A DNA stretch of 64,000 nt from Octopus vulgaris (GCA_951406725.2 OX597821.1:63302001-63366000); one strand, 5' to 3'. Numbered from the stretch's first letter, positions 39,465 to 54,393 are shown. Notes: generated from the letters alone by a model not told the origin. Made by a program: numbers and translations.

Positions 39465-40885
39465 CACATTTTTAGGCATTTTTTGTATATGTCTCTTTCT
39501 ATCTGTATTTGCTTGAGTGTTTTGGGGTGTGTGATCGATATTGTGTAGGCGTGTTATGAATCATCAATTTATTATTATCTAATCAACATAACGTTATTTT
39601 TTTTAAAGAGGTCTAATTTATAATCGAGTGAAATGTATTGGTTTATCGTATTCACACAACCTCAGATAACTGAATATCGATTTTTTTGTAAGACCGAAAG
39701 AACTATGAGTATGATAGCGAGAAGAGGAGATAGCAAGTTAAAAAAAAAAGAAAAGCAATGGAGAACATATTTATCATTTCGTTGAAACTCACATGTTTAA
39801 TAATGTAGGGAAAATGACAATAAGGCTTCAATATTCAGGTACATAAATCAAAGGATGTGTCGCAGAAGAACTAAGCAATCCTTGGAGTATTTTTCACAAG
39901 ATTCTCCCGATAATCTTGCCAAGCACATTACTGCTAATTTATTTACGATGATAAATTTCTATAAGGTATCTACTGCGTCATAAAATCAGGACTAGATATA
40001 TTTTCTTGTATATTCCAAATGGAAATATTGTATGCATATTTAAAGGTTACTGAACAGCATAAAAATAACACAGCTTATAGTATATAGTTTATTACTTGTA
40101 ATCTGATGTCACTAAAATACGTATCAGCTATTCAAAGCAACCAATTCAATCAGCTATACTGCTGCTTTACAAAGTTAGTCTTTTCACTAATATAGGAAAT
40201 TCTTATATACTACCTAACTGTTAATGAGGCAAAGTTTTTAATAAGAAAGTCTTGCTTTCATCTGTTTGATATAGGTTCTATAGCCACACTGATGTTACTA
40301 ATTTAACTAAGGGATAAAATGCGATACATCGACCAAAGTTGCCATGGAAACTGAATCACTTTTAATATGAATTTACACCGCTTGCATTTTTTTTATTATA
40401 TTTCACTCATAAATACTTTTCGTTTTATCTTTTTGATCACTAACTACTCAAATACACATAAATTCTATCCTGTGGTATAACATCCGCCGTTATGTAATCA
40501 AATCATATCTTTGCTAGTATGATATCTCTTCGAAAGTTCAATAGAATATACTCATCGGCCACCAGAAATATATTAGATTTCATTTGTGGCTATCTGCGTA
40601 CCTCCGTAAATAATAATACAAATAGCTGACGGTCAGAAATATGGGCTTCTACTTGGTAAATCCACTTGTCAGAAATAGCAGCTAAGTCTTTTACACTATA
40701 GATGCCTTTAAATACTAAAGTATTTTTTCATTATATATGCCTTTAAGAAGACTTTAAATAACGTATTCGGGGATATTCCATTCAGAAGAAAAAGGAGAAT
40801 GATGGATATTTCACAATACATCTGCTTCATCAAGATCGACTTCCAGCTGAACAGTAACTCATACACTAACTGCTATCTAACTAGT

Positions 40886-41143
40886 AGAGGCTTGTGGTTT
40901 AGTGGTTAGGATGTCAGTATCATGATCATCAGATTGTGGTTTCCATTCTTGGACCGGGCGACGCGTTGTGTTCTTGAGCAAAACACTTCATTTCACGTTG
41001 CTCCAGTCCACTCAGCAGGCAAAAATGAGTAACGCTGCGATGGACTGGCGTCTCGTCCAGCTGGGGAAAACATACGCCATTGAAACCGGGAAACCGGGCC
41101 CATGAGCTTGGCTAGGCTTTAAAAGGGCGTATTTATTTTTATT
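40886..41143 (+). mobile_element. SINE family C (tRNA-derived) with a 19-bp TSD
   Basis: TGGTTTAGTGG A-box head. TAACTGCTATCTAACTAGT at 40867-40885 and 41144-41162. Confidence 0.9.
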
Positions 41144-41879
41144 TAACTGCTATCTAACTAGTTTGCCTAATGACAAGTCTCATTGGCTGACAGCTTTGCA
41201 CCCAATGTAAGATTACTGACGACCGAACGAATTCCATGGTAATTTTTTCTTTTAAAATCCATCTCGTCAATTTGCATAAACCTGCAAGTGATGGAGGATA
41301 GTTGTATCAGTAAACACCAAGGAGGCTGTTATAAAGATATTTTAGCTTTGTTTGAGTAAAAATATGCCAAGAGATATATCGATACAAGCCATTTCTTTCT
41401 CGATTCAGTTATTCTATTGTCTTATACGACAACAGTTAGTTTTTCAGATATATGTGATGTCCTATCTAAGATATTATTGTGAAAATTAACCCATGATAAT
41501 GAGGGATTTGTGTAGTTTTATTCAGTAATTACTCAAGTTTAATATTGTACATCACTAAAATATTTTCTCCTCACCTCTTCGGCAAATATGGAAGCCGTTA
41601 ACAGTCCAAGTCGGAAAACAGCGGTGCATATCCATTGTTATCTGACGTAGTTGCCATAATATTTAAAATCGTATTACTTTATTACATTGCCCCAAATCAC
41701 CGATTTCATGGATTGATGTGGTTGTTTAAATACACCCAGCTCTTGAGTAACGATATATTTTAGAGACATTATATCATTATGTTGATCTTCGTAGTAATTA
41801 CACACATCAAGTAAGATGTTTTGGTAGTTCTTCGAGTGATTCTGCAAATTCAATGCTGACAATATCGTGATAATATTTA

Positions 41880-42292
41880 TTCTCTCTTTACTCTTTTACT
41901 CTTTTACTTGTTTCAATCATCTGACTGCGGCGATGCTGGAGCACCGCCTTTAGTCGAGCAAATCGACCCCAGGACTTTTGTAAGCCCAGTACTTATTCTA
42001 TCGGTCTGTTTTGCCGAACCGCTAAGTTACGGGGGCGTAAACACACCAGCATCTGTTGTGAAGCGATGTTGGGGGACAAACAGACACACAAACATATAGA
42101 CACACATATATATATCTACACATATATATGACGGGCTTCTTTAAGTTTCCGTCTACCAAATCCACTCACAAGGCTTTGGTCGGCCCGAGGCTATATTAGA
42201 AGACACTAGCCCAAGGTGGCACGCAGTGGGAATGAACCTGGAACCATGTGGATCGTAAGCAAGCTACTTTCATACAGCCACTCCTGCGCCTT
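41880..42292 (-). mobile_element. SINE family A, near intact
   Basis: Reverse complement of 27223-27635. Confidence 0.9.
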
Positions 42293-43002
42293 AAAGATTG
42301 GTGGGTTTTTTTCAAGGTATAATTGTTTGTAACTTTTTCATTTATTTTAAGTTTATATAATATACAAATGAAATACTGGATGTTACAGAAAATGGTGAAT
42401 AGCAGTCCGTATAGAACAAGTGAAATACCCACCAAAAAATAAAAAATAAATAAATAAATAAAACGAGTTAGTCGCAGTTTGATGAAGGTGAGTGAACAAG
42501 CTGGATCAAAGTCACGATTAAAATTATCGATGTAAATGTTTAATACTCACGTGATTCACTAAATGTATGAGTAATCCTTGAATTTAATAAGACTTACAGG
42601 TGTTTCCGAAGTTGTCATTGCCAGAGTCATTCCTTATATTTTCAATCGATCAATCGATCGATTGAATCGTGGACGCAACCAAATGCGTATCTGAAACAGA
42701 TGTAAGCTGTAAACAAATAAATGTATAAAGCCCATTATTTCTGCCTATTTTGTATCACTGTGTAAAAACCTACCATCACTTTAATTGGATAATGCAACAA
42801 TGGATTTATAGACTTAATTGCCTGTGTGTGCGTATGTGTGTGTGTGGGGGCGGGGTCTGGATTACCGTCTTTCAACTATAAGGATTCTTTACATGGATGG
42901 ACTGAATTGTCTCCTCCTAAAAATTTGCATGTAAGTAGATGATCATTCCATAAAGAGATGAATTACTGAGCAGAGCCAGCGGTACACAGTGTCAGTTATA
43001 GA

Positions 43003-43079
43003 CACAACCAGCACGAGGAACTTCTATAAATTCTCTATCACAACCAGCACGACGAACTTCTATAAATTCTCTATCACAA
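43003..43079. repeat. 36-bp tandem duplication
   Basis: CACAACCAGCACGA(G/C)GAACTTCTATAAATTCTCTAT twice, then CACAA. Confidence 0.9.
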
Positions 43080-43872
43080 AATATGTTTTTTTTTATATTT
43101 ATATATTTATACACAAACATTGAGAAATACATACCTAACCATTCAAAGAAAGTAATAATGAACGTTACAACCATGTCACATGCAATCCAGACAATTTGAA
43201 GTTTTATTAATCACTCTCTAGCATTGTATTAAACGATTGTATTGTGTTCGTGCAGAATACGTATTTCTGATGAAAATATTCCACCAAATTGAAATGTACT
43301 CTTCCAAATGGTCGTATTCAATATTCAGAAATTCATTATGTTTGGCACATTCAATTGCTGAGATTCAGTTACAAAATTTTCATAAATAGTTGCGATTAGT
43401 ATTTGAATTTCATGTTTACAGTTCATGTAATATAAATGTTTTCAAACGGAATGTTTTTTGAGAATTTTTGTACATATGAAAGTCTTGAACTTATCAAATA
43501 TCTTATAAGTTATTTGTAAATTTATCATAGACTATAGCGAATAATACACGCAACTTAACAGAGACATTAACAAGGATGCACATATACACTACAAGAATAC
43601 ACACACATACACACATAGAGATAGATAGATAAACAGAGAGAGGTAGATAGATAGACAGAAAGCGCGAAAGACAGACACACAGACAGGCAAAGAGATTATA
43701 TTTTCGTATATATATGTATATATATAGATATGTGTGTATATATATATATACAAATATGTACATATGAATGTATTTATATATACATACACACACGTATATA
43801 TATACATATGTATATACATATGTATATATCTACGTGTGTGTGTATATATATATATGTATATATACGTGTATG

Positions 43873-43905
<33 letters not shown>

Positions 43906-43906
43906 G

Positions 43907-43974
<68 letters not shown>

Positions 43975-46439
43975 TTTATTCTGAATTCGTGTCTATATGA
44001 CTCGGATGGTATATATATGTTTAATTTATATAATTTGAATTCAAATAAGCTTGCATGCGTGAGTGTGTGTGTGAGTTTCTTTAGACTTCGTATGTGCGTG
44101 TGTGAGTGCGTGTGAGTGGAGAAATTCAAAGAAATATCCAATTTTGTAAATTGAATTTCAAATAAGTGTTATATGTTTATTGCATATTAAGTTAGTTTTT
44201 GCTGAGAGTTATATTCACATTTAGTAATGATTCTATCTCCAACTACGAATCTTTACAATTGAGTGGGGAAAAAAAGCCAAATCTTATATAAGTTAAACTT
44301 AATTTAACTTTAATTTTGCTGCAATACATAACGTGAAAAAGAACTCAGCTATATGCAAACAACTATTGCTAAAATTTGGATTTTAGTTATAAGTTTATTT
44401 ATTTTCGGTAAATTTTCAAAGTGCAAAATTGATTGTATCAATCTCAGTATATTACAGTCGCTTAATTTGTCAATCTGAAATATTGAACGCTAGAGAAAAA
44501 TCAAATAACTCAGTTCTCTAAAGGCATTTGTCATCTGCACACACATACTCACATACATAAACTTACACATACACACACACACACACACACATACTCCAAT
44601 GCAAATGTATATATGTATGCGTTTTCATTGAATTACTTTTGCTTAGATAATTATAAATTTTTTTGATTACCCCACATCATTTGTAACTTTTTCTGCATGA
44701 TTGCGCCCTTTTGGCAATAAAAGTTATTCATATATTTATTTATTTATTGTTATCTATCCATTCTCTTTTCTTTATTTTTTTTTATATTTCAACTTCTTTT
44801 ATCGTAAAATTTGACGAGCTTTCAGTTTTCAACGATTTTCTCGATTTTCTTCAACACGTACGTTTATAATTGTGCATGTCACTCTCTGGAAAGGGAGTGA
44901 TTTTAAAATCTGTTAGCATTTATCGAAGGTAGAGGTAGCGCTGCTATTTTTCATGTCGTCTGCAACCAGCAAACAGCTTCTTTTTTTTTTTTTTAATAGC
45001 AAGAAAACATTCGACGATTGAAGAGAGACGTGTCGTTAATTTCTGCTATGGTATCTATAGAAGCACTATTGTTAAAGATATTTTCTGCTATGAAAAGTTT
45101 TCTTGCCAAAGAAAAGATGTTGCCTCCATTTTCGCTTAGAATAACTTTCCTTTCTTACCAAGTAATCAATGACATCGCTACCAAAAGTTTAACATGGGCT
45201 CACTCACTCTGGCAAAGAACTATTTACAACCACAAAACCTGACGGAGAAGAACAACACAAAGGCTGAGTATAAATACGCTGTAAACCTGTAAAGACATTA
45301 AACAAGAGGAGTAATAAAGAGGGTAAACAAATTATATCAACAGAAATAGATGCACTGACAACCGCAAAGTGTTAAAAGTAGCAGTGGCATCGACCGCGAT
45401 GAAAGGGGAAACCAAGTATACTGCTGCAGCAGAAGTACCTTTAACGAAAGTATTCGAAGTGGCATATGCATCACTATTGCCATCCTTCACTGCCAACACT
45501 TTTCACTGAAACACTGCATCTATCTTATCTGCTGTCAAAGGTACAATGAAAGTGATCGCTGGGCCAGCTACCGGTGACACCTTCGTTCGTGCTTTGAGCA
45601 AACATTGCATCCAACCTCGTTCTTTTCGCAAACGTTACTACGGCTCGGTCGTGTCATTGATCGGCGGGAAGGGGGGTCCTATAATAAAGGGAACTTCAAA
45701 AGGAGGCATACAGTGTGCATTAGTGTACCGAACACTCTCTCTCTCCGGGCTACAAGAGAATTTTAGGAAACACTAAACAATAATGATCCACTATACAGAG
45801 ATTATTCAATTGTAAATCTTGGAACGTTTCAATACGACACCGACGAATTGAAAATCATGAAGAAATTATGGAGTACCACAGGCCCGTAAGTACGGGTAAA
45901 ACCATTTAGAAGTTTCTGGCATTGTACACTGAAGAGGAGTTACATAAGAAGCATCTTACAAAGTCTCAAAGACGATAGAAATGTGTTCTAATACAATTTT
46001 TTAGGGTTTATAGGGATATTTAGTGTATAGGGCTGAGGGAGTTTTATCTCGTTTTGTAAGAGATTTATTTCAATTAGGATAATGGTGATTGTCTGATTTA
46101 CACACACATCGTGGATGTTAGCTTAGGAAAGATATTGTGTAACAATCACCAATACATATTTGAAAATACGACTGAATGTCTACCGTACCTTTCAGAATAC
46201 TACAGAAATGATTACTAAAATTGTAAACGTGCCTTCCTAACTTCTGGATGTAACATTATATCAGGTAATAAAGACGTCAACATTCTATACTTACCTATGA
46301 ATTACATGTGTGCAAGTTAGTTCTGTAATTAACATTAACTGTAATTAACATTCTATTATACCTGTAATTAACATTAACTATTTTGCCATATTTTTGGTTC
46401 AAGTGTGCAACTCTCAGTTATCTGTCTCCCATCACTCAA

Positions 46440-47290
46440 GATAGAGAACCGAAAGTTTAATTAGATGCTAAAATTGCTGGTGCTGGTAGAGTAATGCGTC
46501 AGCTTCAGCATTCCATCCTCAAAAGAAACTACCTTGGCACTCTGTCGGTTAAGACGGCAGTTGTTCCAGCTGATTCAATGAACAGAACGGATTCCTCTTG
46601 GAATTAAAGTGGTACAGACACCACAGACATGTGTAACTTAATATAGTTCACAGGGAGATTCAGCGTGAAACACAAAATGTGACAAGGCTGGTCCATTGAA
46701 TTACAGGTACGATTTAGTTTTGTACCTGTAATTACAAAACTGAAATAAAGTGAAATTAAGCGTGTTGTTCAAGGACACAATAAGTCATGAGAATCGAACT
46801 CAGAACCTTACGATCTTGAGCCGAATATACTAACTACTAAGACACACACATTCTCAGAAGAGAAGAGGTTGGTAAAAAAAAGCCAAATTCGCTATCTTCA
46901 GTTCGGCTCACCTATTGTTATGAATGTTGGATAATGACAGAATAAGTACGATACCGAATACAAGCAACCAAAATGGGTTCCTCCAGAAGATCTCTAGTGT
47001 AACAATACTTGACAGAATGCGTAGCCCGGAGATCAAAGAGCCTCTCCAGTTCGAGCTGCTACTTCTCTAAGTTACAGAACCGGTGCTATGGACATACGAT
47101 TTGAAAGCCCCAGGAGACTGTCGCAAGAAGGATGCTTCAAGCTGAGCCAGCCTGCAAGAACCGTAGGGATAGACCAAAGATGAAATGATTTGATAATATC
47201 CATAGTCTTACTAGGTCCCACTTGGGAATCCAGCCGATAAGTCTAATGACACTTGCTTCTATTATGCCACAAGGGAGAAGATGAATAAAC
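46440..47290 (+). mobile_element. RTE-clade LINE 3' relic interrupted by a SINE
   Basis: DAKIAGAGRVMRQLQHSILK, then LTYCYECWIMTE*VRYRIQATKMG and ISSVTILDRMRSPEIKE (Rex3/Expander-like C-terminus). Confidence 0.7.
46527..46849 (-). mobile_element. tRNA-derived SINE (family C-related) nested in the RTE relic
   Basis: GAGAATCGAACTC B-box on the minus strand. Imperfect TSD ATCCTCAAAAGA / ATTCTCAGAAGA. Confidence 0.6.
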
Positions 47291-47799
47291 ACTCTACCCA
47301 TACAACCCCATTTGAAATGGCCAAAATGGAGACAATTGCCTACGCACTCAGCTTTTTCTGAAATTCTTATTGTAGTGGCACGTTATAGTATTACCTTTAA
47401 ACTACTATATTTATTAATTCCTATGAAGGGATCAGATTGCGGTAGCTTATAGCTTAAACTGATTTATTATGTTTCCACTTGGTAACGTCAATTTATTGCA
47501 TATGTATGCACCATGCCTATTACTGCAACAATTTGTCACCGAATCCCTAAAATAACTATAAAGGTTTACCATGGGTGTGGTCATGCTAGAATACTGCCAG
47601 TAGTATCAACTTTTTAATAGCCATTCTTTTGTAATAGGTTTTCTGTGAAGGAGAGAGTTCGATATTGCTGCCCACTTTGAGATTTTTTCCGTGGTACAGG
47701 TTCATTTAGGACAGTAAACAGCAGGAGATAAGTTTGTTTCTTGAAAACATTTACCCCTACTCCATGTAGATCAATCTCTCAGATATTAAATCGCTGTGG

Positions 47800-48627
47800 G
47801 CCTTTGAATCCCAAGCTATTGTGATACATGATAAATTTAATATCATCCCCTTCGAAATAGTCTCCAGTGCACCGGTTTCAGCGTTCCTGCCACTTTTGAA
47901 ATCCGGCCTCGAAGATGTTTTCCATAAGCGAGTCGAGAACCTTCTGCTATTGGCTCTGGACCTCGACAAAAGTGCCAAAAAGGCGATATTTGAACTGCAC
48001 TTTCATTTTAGGGAAGAGATAGAAGTCCGCAGCATGTGCTAAATCTGGCGAATAGGGTGGGTGTGGAAGTGGTACCATGTTGTTTTTGGCAAGAAAATGA
48101 CGAGTGATGAGAGCTCGGACACATGGTGCATTGTCTTCGTGAATAATTCAGACACTAGGTTTGCCTGCAAGGTCCCATACGAAAGAACAGCAACATCAGC
48201 AATGTTTTTGATTGCCCTCCGACAATTCTCATGCAAAAGCTAAGAAATTTCCTCCACATTTCATGGCAGGTCTTCCAGATCGATCATCAACTTCCAAGGA
48301 TGCTCTTCCGCTTTTGAAGGGCCCCTGCTACTCGAAACATTGGGTACGGTCCATTTCCTCCTAGGTGTGAACTTGCCATGGTATGAGTGTACTTCCTAAG
48401 TTTAACGCAACATTTCATGTTGGCGCTTTGTTTCAACTTCTCAATGACAACAATCGCAGACTACATCTTACACGGGTTCAGAAAACACCAATTTCACAAT
48501 TTGCGAAGTAAACACAGTGATGTCATTTGGTGCACTGCCTCATGAAGTTCACTGCCCACGCAACCATGTGCTGCCATCTGTTAGATCACTACAGAACTAT
48601 CCAAGAACCTTTAGATATAACCTCGTA
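47800..48627 (-). mobile_element. Degenerate mariner/Tc1 transposon
   Basis: Minus strand gives LPHPPYSPDLA...DFYLFPKMK. TACGAGG terminus at 48621-48627. Confidence 0.75.
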
Positions 48628-48844
48628 TAATGCATCGAGATTTTTCTTTAAAGGATTAGCATCGGAAGGGTTGTCGACGGGTTGTAGAACTTTTGTGTCT
48701 TCGGCATATCTAGTTAGTCTGTTTGTATAATAGAAAGCATGTCCGAAAGAGCTACCATAGATGGCAGCAGCCCCAAGGCAGTTTCCCGAGGCAATCCGCT
48801 CGCTATTACTGCCTCCTTGGAGCGAGCGCCATTGGCTGCCACAG

Positions 48845-48898
<54 letters not shown>

Positions 48899-49727
48899 TA
48901 TGTATATAGATGCGTGTGTGTGTGCAATAAAATTGCAGGAGCTTTTGATGGATGAATATATTTATCTAGCCTCTAGACATCCTTGGCATTGCAGACTTTT
49001 CGCAGCCTTCTCCGTATAGCAATAATTTCAGTAGAGAATAAAATTACGTTTATCTGTTTGCATTAATATGCATGCTATGCATTTTACAATATGTTGTGTA
49101 GTCATATATCAATCCAAGTAAAAAAGATAGCTTATCAGAACACCAGAACTTCATAGTTACTGCAATCTTACTTACAAAGTTTTCCCTGTATGTACACAAT
49201 GTATGGAACCCCGAAATTAACATGGTTTTGTCTGTAAAATATAGATATGTTGTTTGATATCAGTTTAGCAGCTAGATAAAAGTTTAAGAAGTTGAACACC
49301 CTTCCATTCAACAGCTTTCAAGGAGCTGAACACCCTGAATGTTAAAAAAAAACAATGTAGTAAAATAGTGGAAGTAAAACAGTTGAAGTAAATATAAAAA
49401 ATAGCTTAGTCTTTTTCTTGTTTCAGTCATATGACTGCAGCCATGCTGGAGCACCCGACTTAGTCGGGCAAATCGACCACAGGACTTAAGAAAATTTAAG
49501 ATGTAAATAGAATAAATCTAAAATAGAGGCAATCAGGAGTATAAAGACGTTCCAAGATTAATGAAAAATGCGGTCTTAAGATAACAGCAACTTCAATAAT
49601 GTGTAAAATATAGATCAGGACTCTCCATTACGCTTTTCTGTATTGGAATGCTATTTGGTGTGATAGCCGAATCTGTTAGAGGAAATATCTGTGACAGCCA
49701 CACCATTCTCAGAGTCCGTATCATATG

Positions 49728-50360
49728 CAGATGACATTCGAAAATCCGGCCATCGAAAATCCGGTTCCTTCAGATTTCCGGCATGGATTTCGGGGCGCAT
49801 TTTCAAATTTACCGCGTTGGCGCGCCACTGTTTTCTGAAGGCACCGTTTATGTTTTGATGCTCAGTCCTCATTTTATCATTTACTTGATGCTGTATAGCC
49901 CCAATATGGATTCAGCGAAGAAAAGAGGTGGTGTAAACTGTAAACATGGTATGTTGTCGATCGCAGAGAAAGTGGAAATGCTAAACGTGTCTGTGCGAAC
50001 CATTTGTGAAACATACCACTTTGGCTCTTCAATTTGTTTATGATATTAAAAATCAGAATGAAAATATGTTAAAGTTCTTTTCTGACAGTGGATCAAAGAA
50101 GCAAATGTTTATAAAGGAAGTTAATGAGAGAGGAGAAAATTTCGGAACTGGACCAAGTTCTCATAACCTGGTTAGTCTTTGTGCAAATGAAGGTGTGGAC
50201 ATTTCTGGTGATTTATCAAAGGAAGAAACCAAAGTGTTTCATGAAGAGCTAGGATTGCAATACAAGTGTGAATATTCAGAAGATTGACTGCATCGATTCA
50301 AGACGCGACATGGCTTACAGTTTCGTGAGGTATATGGTGAAAACCGTTCAGCAGACAAAG
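49728..50360 (+). mobile_element. Tigger/pogo-family transposon relic (Jerky/TIGD-like N-terminus)
   Basis: LSIAEKVEML (HTH-psq) and EGVDISGDL..FHEELGLQYKCEYSED*LHRFKTRHG..VYGENRSAD (CENP-B HTH). CGAAAATCCGG subterminal repeats. Confidence 0.8.
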
Positions 50361-50661
50361 GTAAACTTAGAGTAAGATTCAAGTATATGAAGCAACAGAC
50401 ACTGCAGGATATATTCAAGAAAATAGCTAGGAAGTATGAAGGAGTAGCAGCAGTGTTCACACTTGATAATACTCTACCATAAACTTCAAGTCAACATGAT
50501 GTGGTGTCACCGCTTCAACATTTCCTCCACAGGTTGAAATTGTTCCTGTTGCTGAGGATGTTGTCACTGTCAGCGATGAAGATGACGACAGAGAAGACAA
50601 ATTACAAAGAAGAGCTTTTCTTTTTGGGGAGAGACAGGCAGATAGATAGATTGATATAAAT

Positions 50662-50793
<132 letters not shown>

Positions 50794-51649
50794 GTTATCG
50801 GCGTGCAGTTTTTCTATACCGTATGTGTGGATTGTCCTTTATATAGATAGTTATTCGAGGTTATTGGTCCAGAATCAACTATTGAATACGCCGATAATTG
50901 CTCTTGAATGTGAGAATGAATGCGAAGTCATCCCGCGAATCCTTACCGAGTTTAACAAGATTATAACGCTCTAGAATTTATACGGTTGCAATCTTCTCAA
51001 TTTTATCCGACAAAACTTCTTGTTAATGGTCAACATATTCACTTCTATCACAATTCTTGCTGATTTCATTGTAAGTTAACTTATGCATGAATGTGAACAA
51101 ATCTCCAGAAGTATTTTTTTTTTAGGTATTGGTCTATAGAATTTATTTTCACATTAACTTAAGGGGGAACTTAAAACACGAAAATTTTCCCCAACTTTGC
51201 CCATTAATCTGTTTACCTTCTTGCGCTTTTTCATGTACTTTACACCAAACACTATTTTTTAGTTCGCTCATTCAATAGCTCTCATTTGACTCATTTGCGA
51301 GATAACCATATGCTTAAGTATATCACTGTATGATTTAAAGGCTTTTGTTGACAACCATAATAGAAAGATCAATATTCGAGATGTATTCTCCCCAAGGCAA
51401 AAATATTACTCTAACTCTAGCAATTCTCACTGTGATTCCTTCCTGGATATTTGGAAAGTATTTCTCTTTCTTGTCTATCACCTACTTTTTATTAGAGTTT
51501 TTCTTTTTCTTTCATTTTGTTTGTTTTTTTGCTTTATGCATTATGTTGGATACATATTCAATCGATTCATATTCAACATAATTTCAGCTCCATTAAAGCA
51601 GTTTATTTTAAGAGTTTTCTTTTCCGTGTGCACACACACACATACATAC

Positions 51650-51708
<59 letters not shown>

Positions 51709-51812
51709 AACAGACACACATAAAAATGTATGTAAATATGTAAATATATATATATATTTATTTAGTTATATATATACAACATATATGTACACACACACAT
51801 ACATAAATATAT

Positions 51813-51858
<46 letters not shown>

Positions 51859-51914
51859 GTTTATATATGTGCGTGTATTATATAAATGTATTATTTATTA
51901 TAAAGATAATATAC

Positions 51915-52212
51915 ATGGCCCAGTGTTTACGACAGCGGGCTGTGGTCATAGGATCGCGGTTTCGATTACCAAACCAGGCGTTGTGAATGTTTATTCAGCG
52001 AAACCACTTAAAACTCCACGAGACTCTTGCGGGGGTTGGTGGAGAACCCTGCTGTACTCTTTCGCCACATATTTGTCTCACTCTTTCTTCCTGTTTCTGT
52101 TGTCATGCTAAATCTCCGCGAGTACTCAGCCACTTGCACGTTGATTTCACGAGCAGGCTTTTCCGTTGATTTAATCAACTGGAACCCTCGTCGTCGTAAC
52201 CAACGGAGTGTT
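51915..52212 (+). mobile_element. tRNA-derived SINE (family C-related)
   Basis: TGGCCCAGTG head and GGTTTCGATTACC B-box. Homologous to 53205-53447 in the opposite orientation. Confidence 0.75.
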
Positions 52213-52216
52213 GTGG

Positions 52217-52249
<33 letters not shown>

Positions 52250-53135
52250 TACCAGTGGTTAGCGTATATACCTATGCACTCTCACATACACATATGGTTG
52301 CTCACACACACATACCACAAAGACAATTAGAACAACACATACTCAGACAGACACATATACACAAACGAACAAATACATACACACACATGCGCACAGACAA
52401 CACCCTCACAAATATTAGCCACACACATACACACATACACAAACGTGCACACATATACGCACACAATCCTACCAAATATAAAACACACAGGCACACTTAC
52501 ACACACCACAATAAACTCTGAGACCAATCAAAAACAGCCCCCACACTAAACACATACACATGTATATACACACACACATAGAGACGTGCACAGTGACACA
52601 CTCACTCACACCGTTCTGACCTCTAAGACCAGTCCCCAAATACACTGAACTATGACAGACACACTGTCCCTTAAAATCGCAAACACACAAAATAGAAAAT
52701 GTTAAGAAAACAGGTTGGTTCCTCTCAAATTCTTTGTAAACTCTTAAATATATCTCCTTCCTGTGTATATAGATACTACCAAACAAACATGATTTTTAAT
52801 GAACTCCTAATACTTTTTGTTCAATATTTCCTTAAATACATTCTTGTAAACTGTTTTTAACATTTTCTCATTATTATCAAGGAATGTATATATGTATTTT
52901 AATACATATGTGACAACCAGAACTTAACACAACAAAACTTATACAAAGCCTTAACTTTTACTTTTGACAATCTTTTTCTAAAAAAGTGAAGCCAGTCTAG
53001 TGAGTAAACATCTTTAAAATTGCGTTTCCAAACCTTCTTTCATATATATTTCCGTCGTGCGGTACCTTACAACTTCACTTTGTTATAAATATATATATAT
53101 ATATTTACACACACACACACATATATATATGTGTG

Positions 53136-53204
<69 letters not shown>

Positions 53205-53206
<2 letters not shown>

Positions 53207-53447
53207 TCCCCCCGGATGGACGGAACGCCAGTCCATCGCAGTGATACTCCAGAAACAGGAAGAAATAGTGAGAGAAAGTTGGGGCGAAAGAGTACAACAG
53301 GGGTCGTCACCACCCCCTGCCGGACGCTCGTGGAGCTTTCGGTGTTTTAGCTCAATAAACACACACAACGCCCGGTTTGAGAATCGAAACTGCGATCCTC
53401 CGACCGCGAGTCCGCTGCCCTAACCACTGGACCATTGTGCCTCCACA
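53205..53447 (-). mobile_element. tRNA-derived SINE (family C-related)
   Basis: Minus strand reads TGGTCCAGTGGTTAGGGCAGCGGACTCGCGGTCGGAGGATCGCAGTTTCGATTCTC. Confidence 0.8.
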
Positions 53448-54094
53448 CAAAAACGCACACACACAGAGACACACACTATATATATATGTATGTATGTATA
53501 TATATACACACGCATCTAGATTACCCCGTCAGTTTCCACGATGTTTAAATATGCATTCGATTTTTGTTTATTTATTACACTATAAGGTATTGATTTTTTT
53601 TCATATAACATTTTTTTAATGAAAATTCTGTTAAAAGTGTAGATATTAAATATTAACAAGTATTTTCTCACTGCTGTATTTTAAGTAGCGTGCTTTTCTC
53701 AATACTTTTTAACTATACAATCTATTATTTAATGCACTCGATAATATTCAGTGAGAAAAAGCAAGATACCTCATAGCTACAGGAAATCTCAGAGAGGTCG
53801 CCTATGCAGTATTCACACGGAATATCCTAACAAAACACGGATCGAGAAAAGATATGGATTCACATTGAAAGCACCATAAAAAAAAAGAACCCATTTCAAA
53901 TCCAGTTTCGAATAAACTTTGCAAAATGTTACAGATCCTGATGTAGTAAGTCTTCAGTTGCCCACTCAAATAAATAGAATTCGTTACGAAAATTTCAGAA
54001 TCTCCAGAGGTTGTGGAAGATTAATTAGGAACGAGTAGTAGTAGAACTCTCATCATCAATTTTTTTTTTAATAAATAGCTTTTATTATTTTTTT

Positions 54095-54309
54095 TTACCT
54101 GTTTCTGTCATTTCACTGCGGCCATGCTAGAGCACCGCCTTTAGTCAAACAAATCGACACCAGGACTTATTGTTTGTAAGCCTAGTTCTTACACCTCCTG
54201 ATTTGGCCGAAGCCCTAAGTTACGGGAACGTAAACACGCCAACATCCGTTGTCAATCGATGCTGGGGGTGGGGGACAAACACAGACACGCAAATACATAC
54301 ACACATACG

Positions 54310-54393
<84 letters not shown>

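Noticed and set aside
43003-43079. 36-bp repeat of CRISPR-like length
   Set aside because: Two abutting units with no spacer, no cas genes, eukaryotic context.
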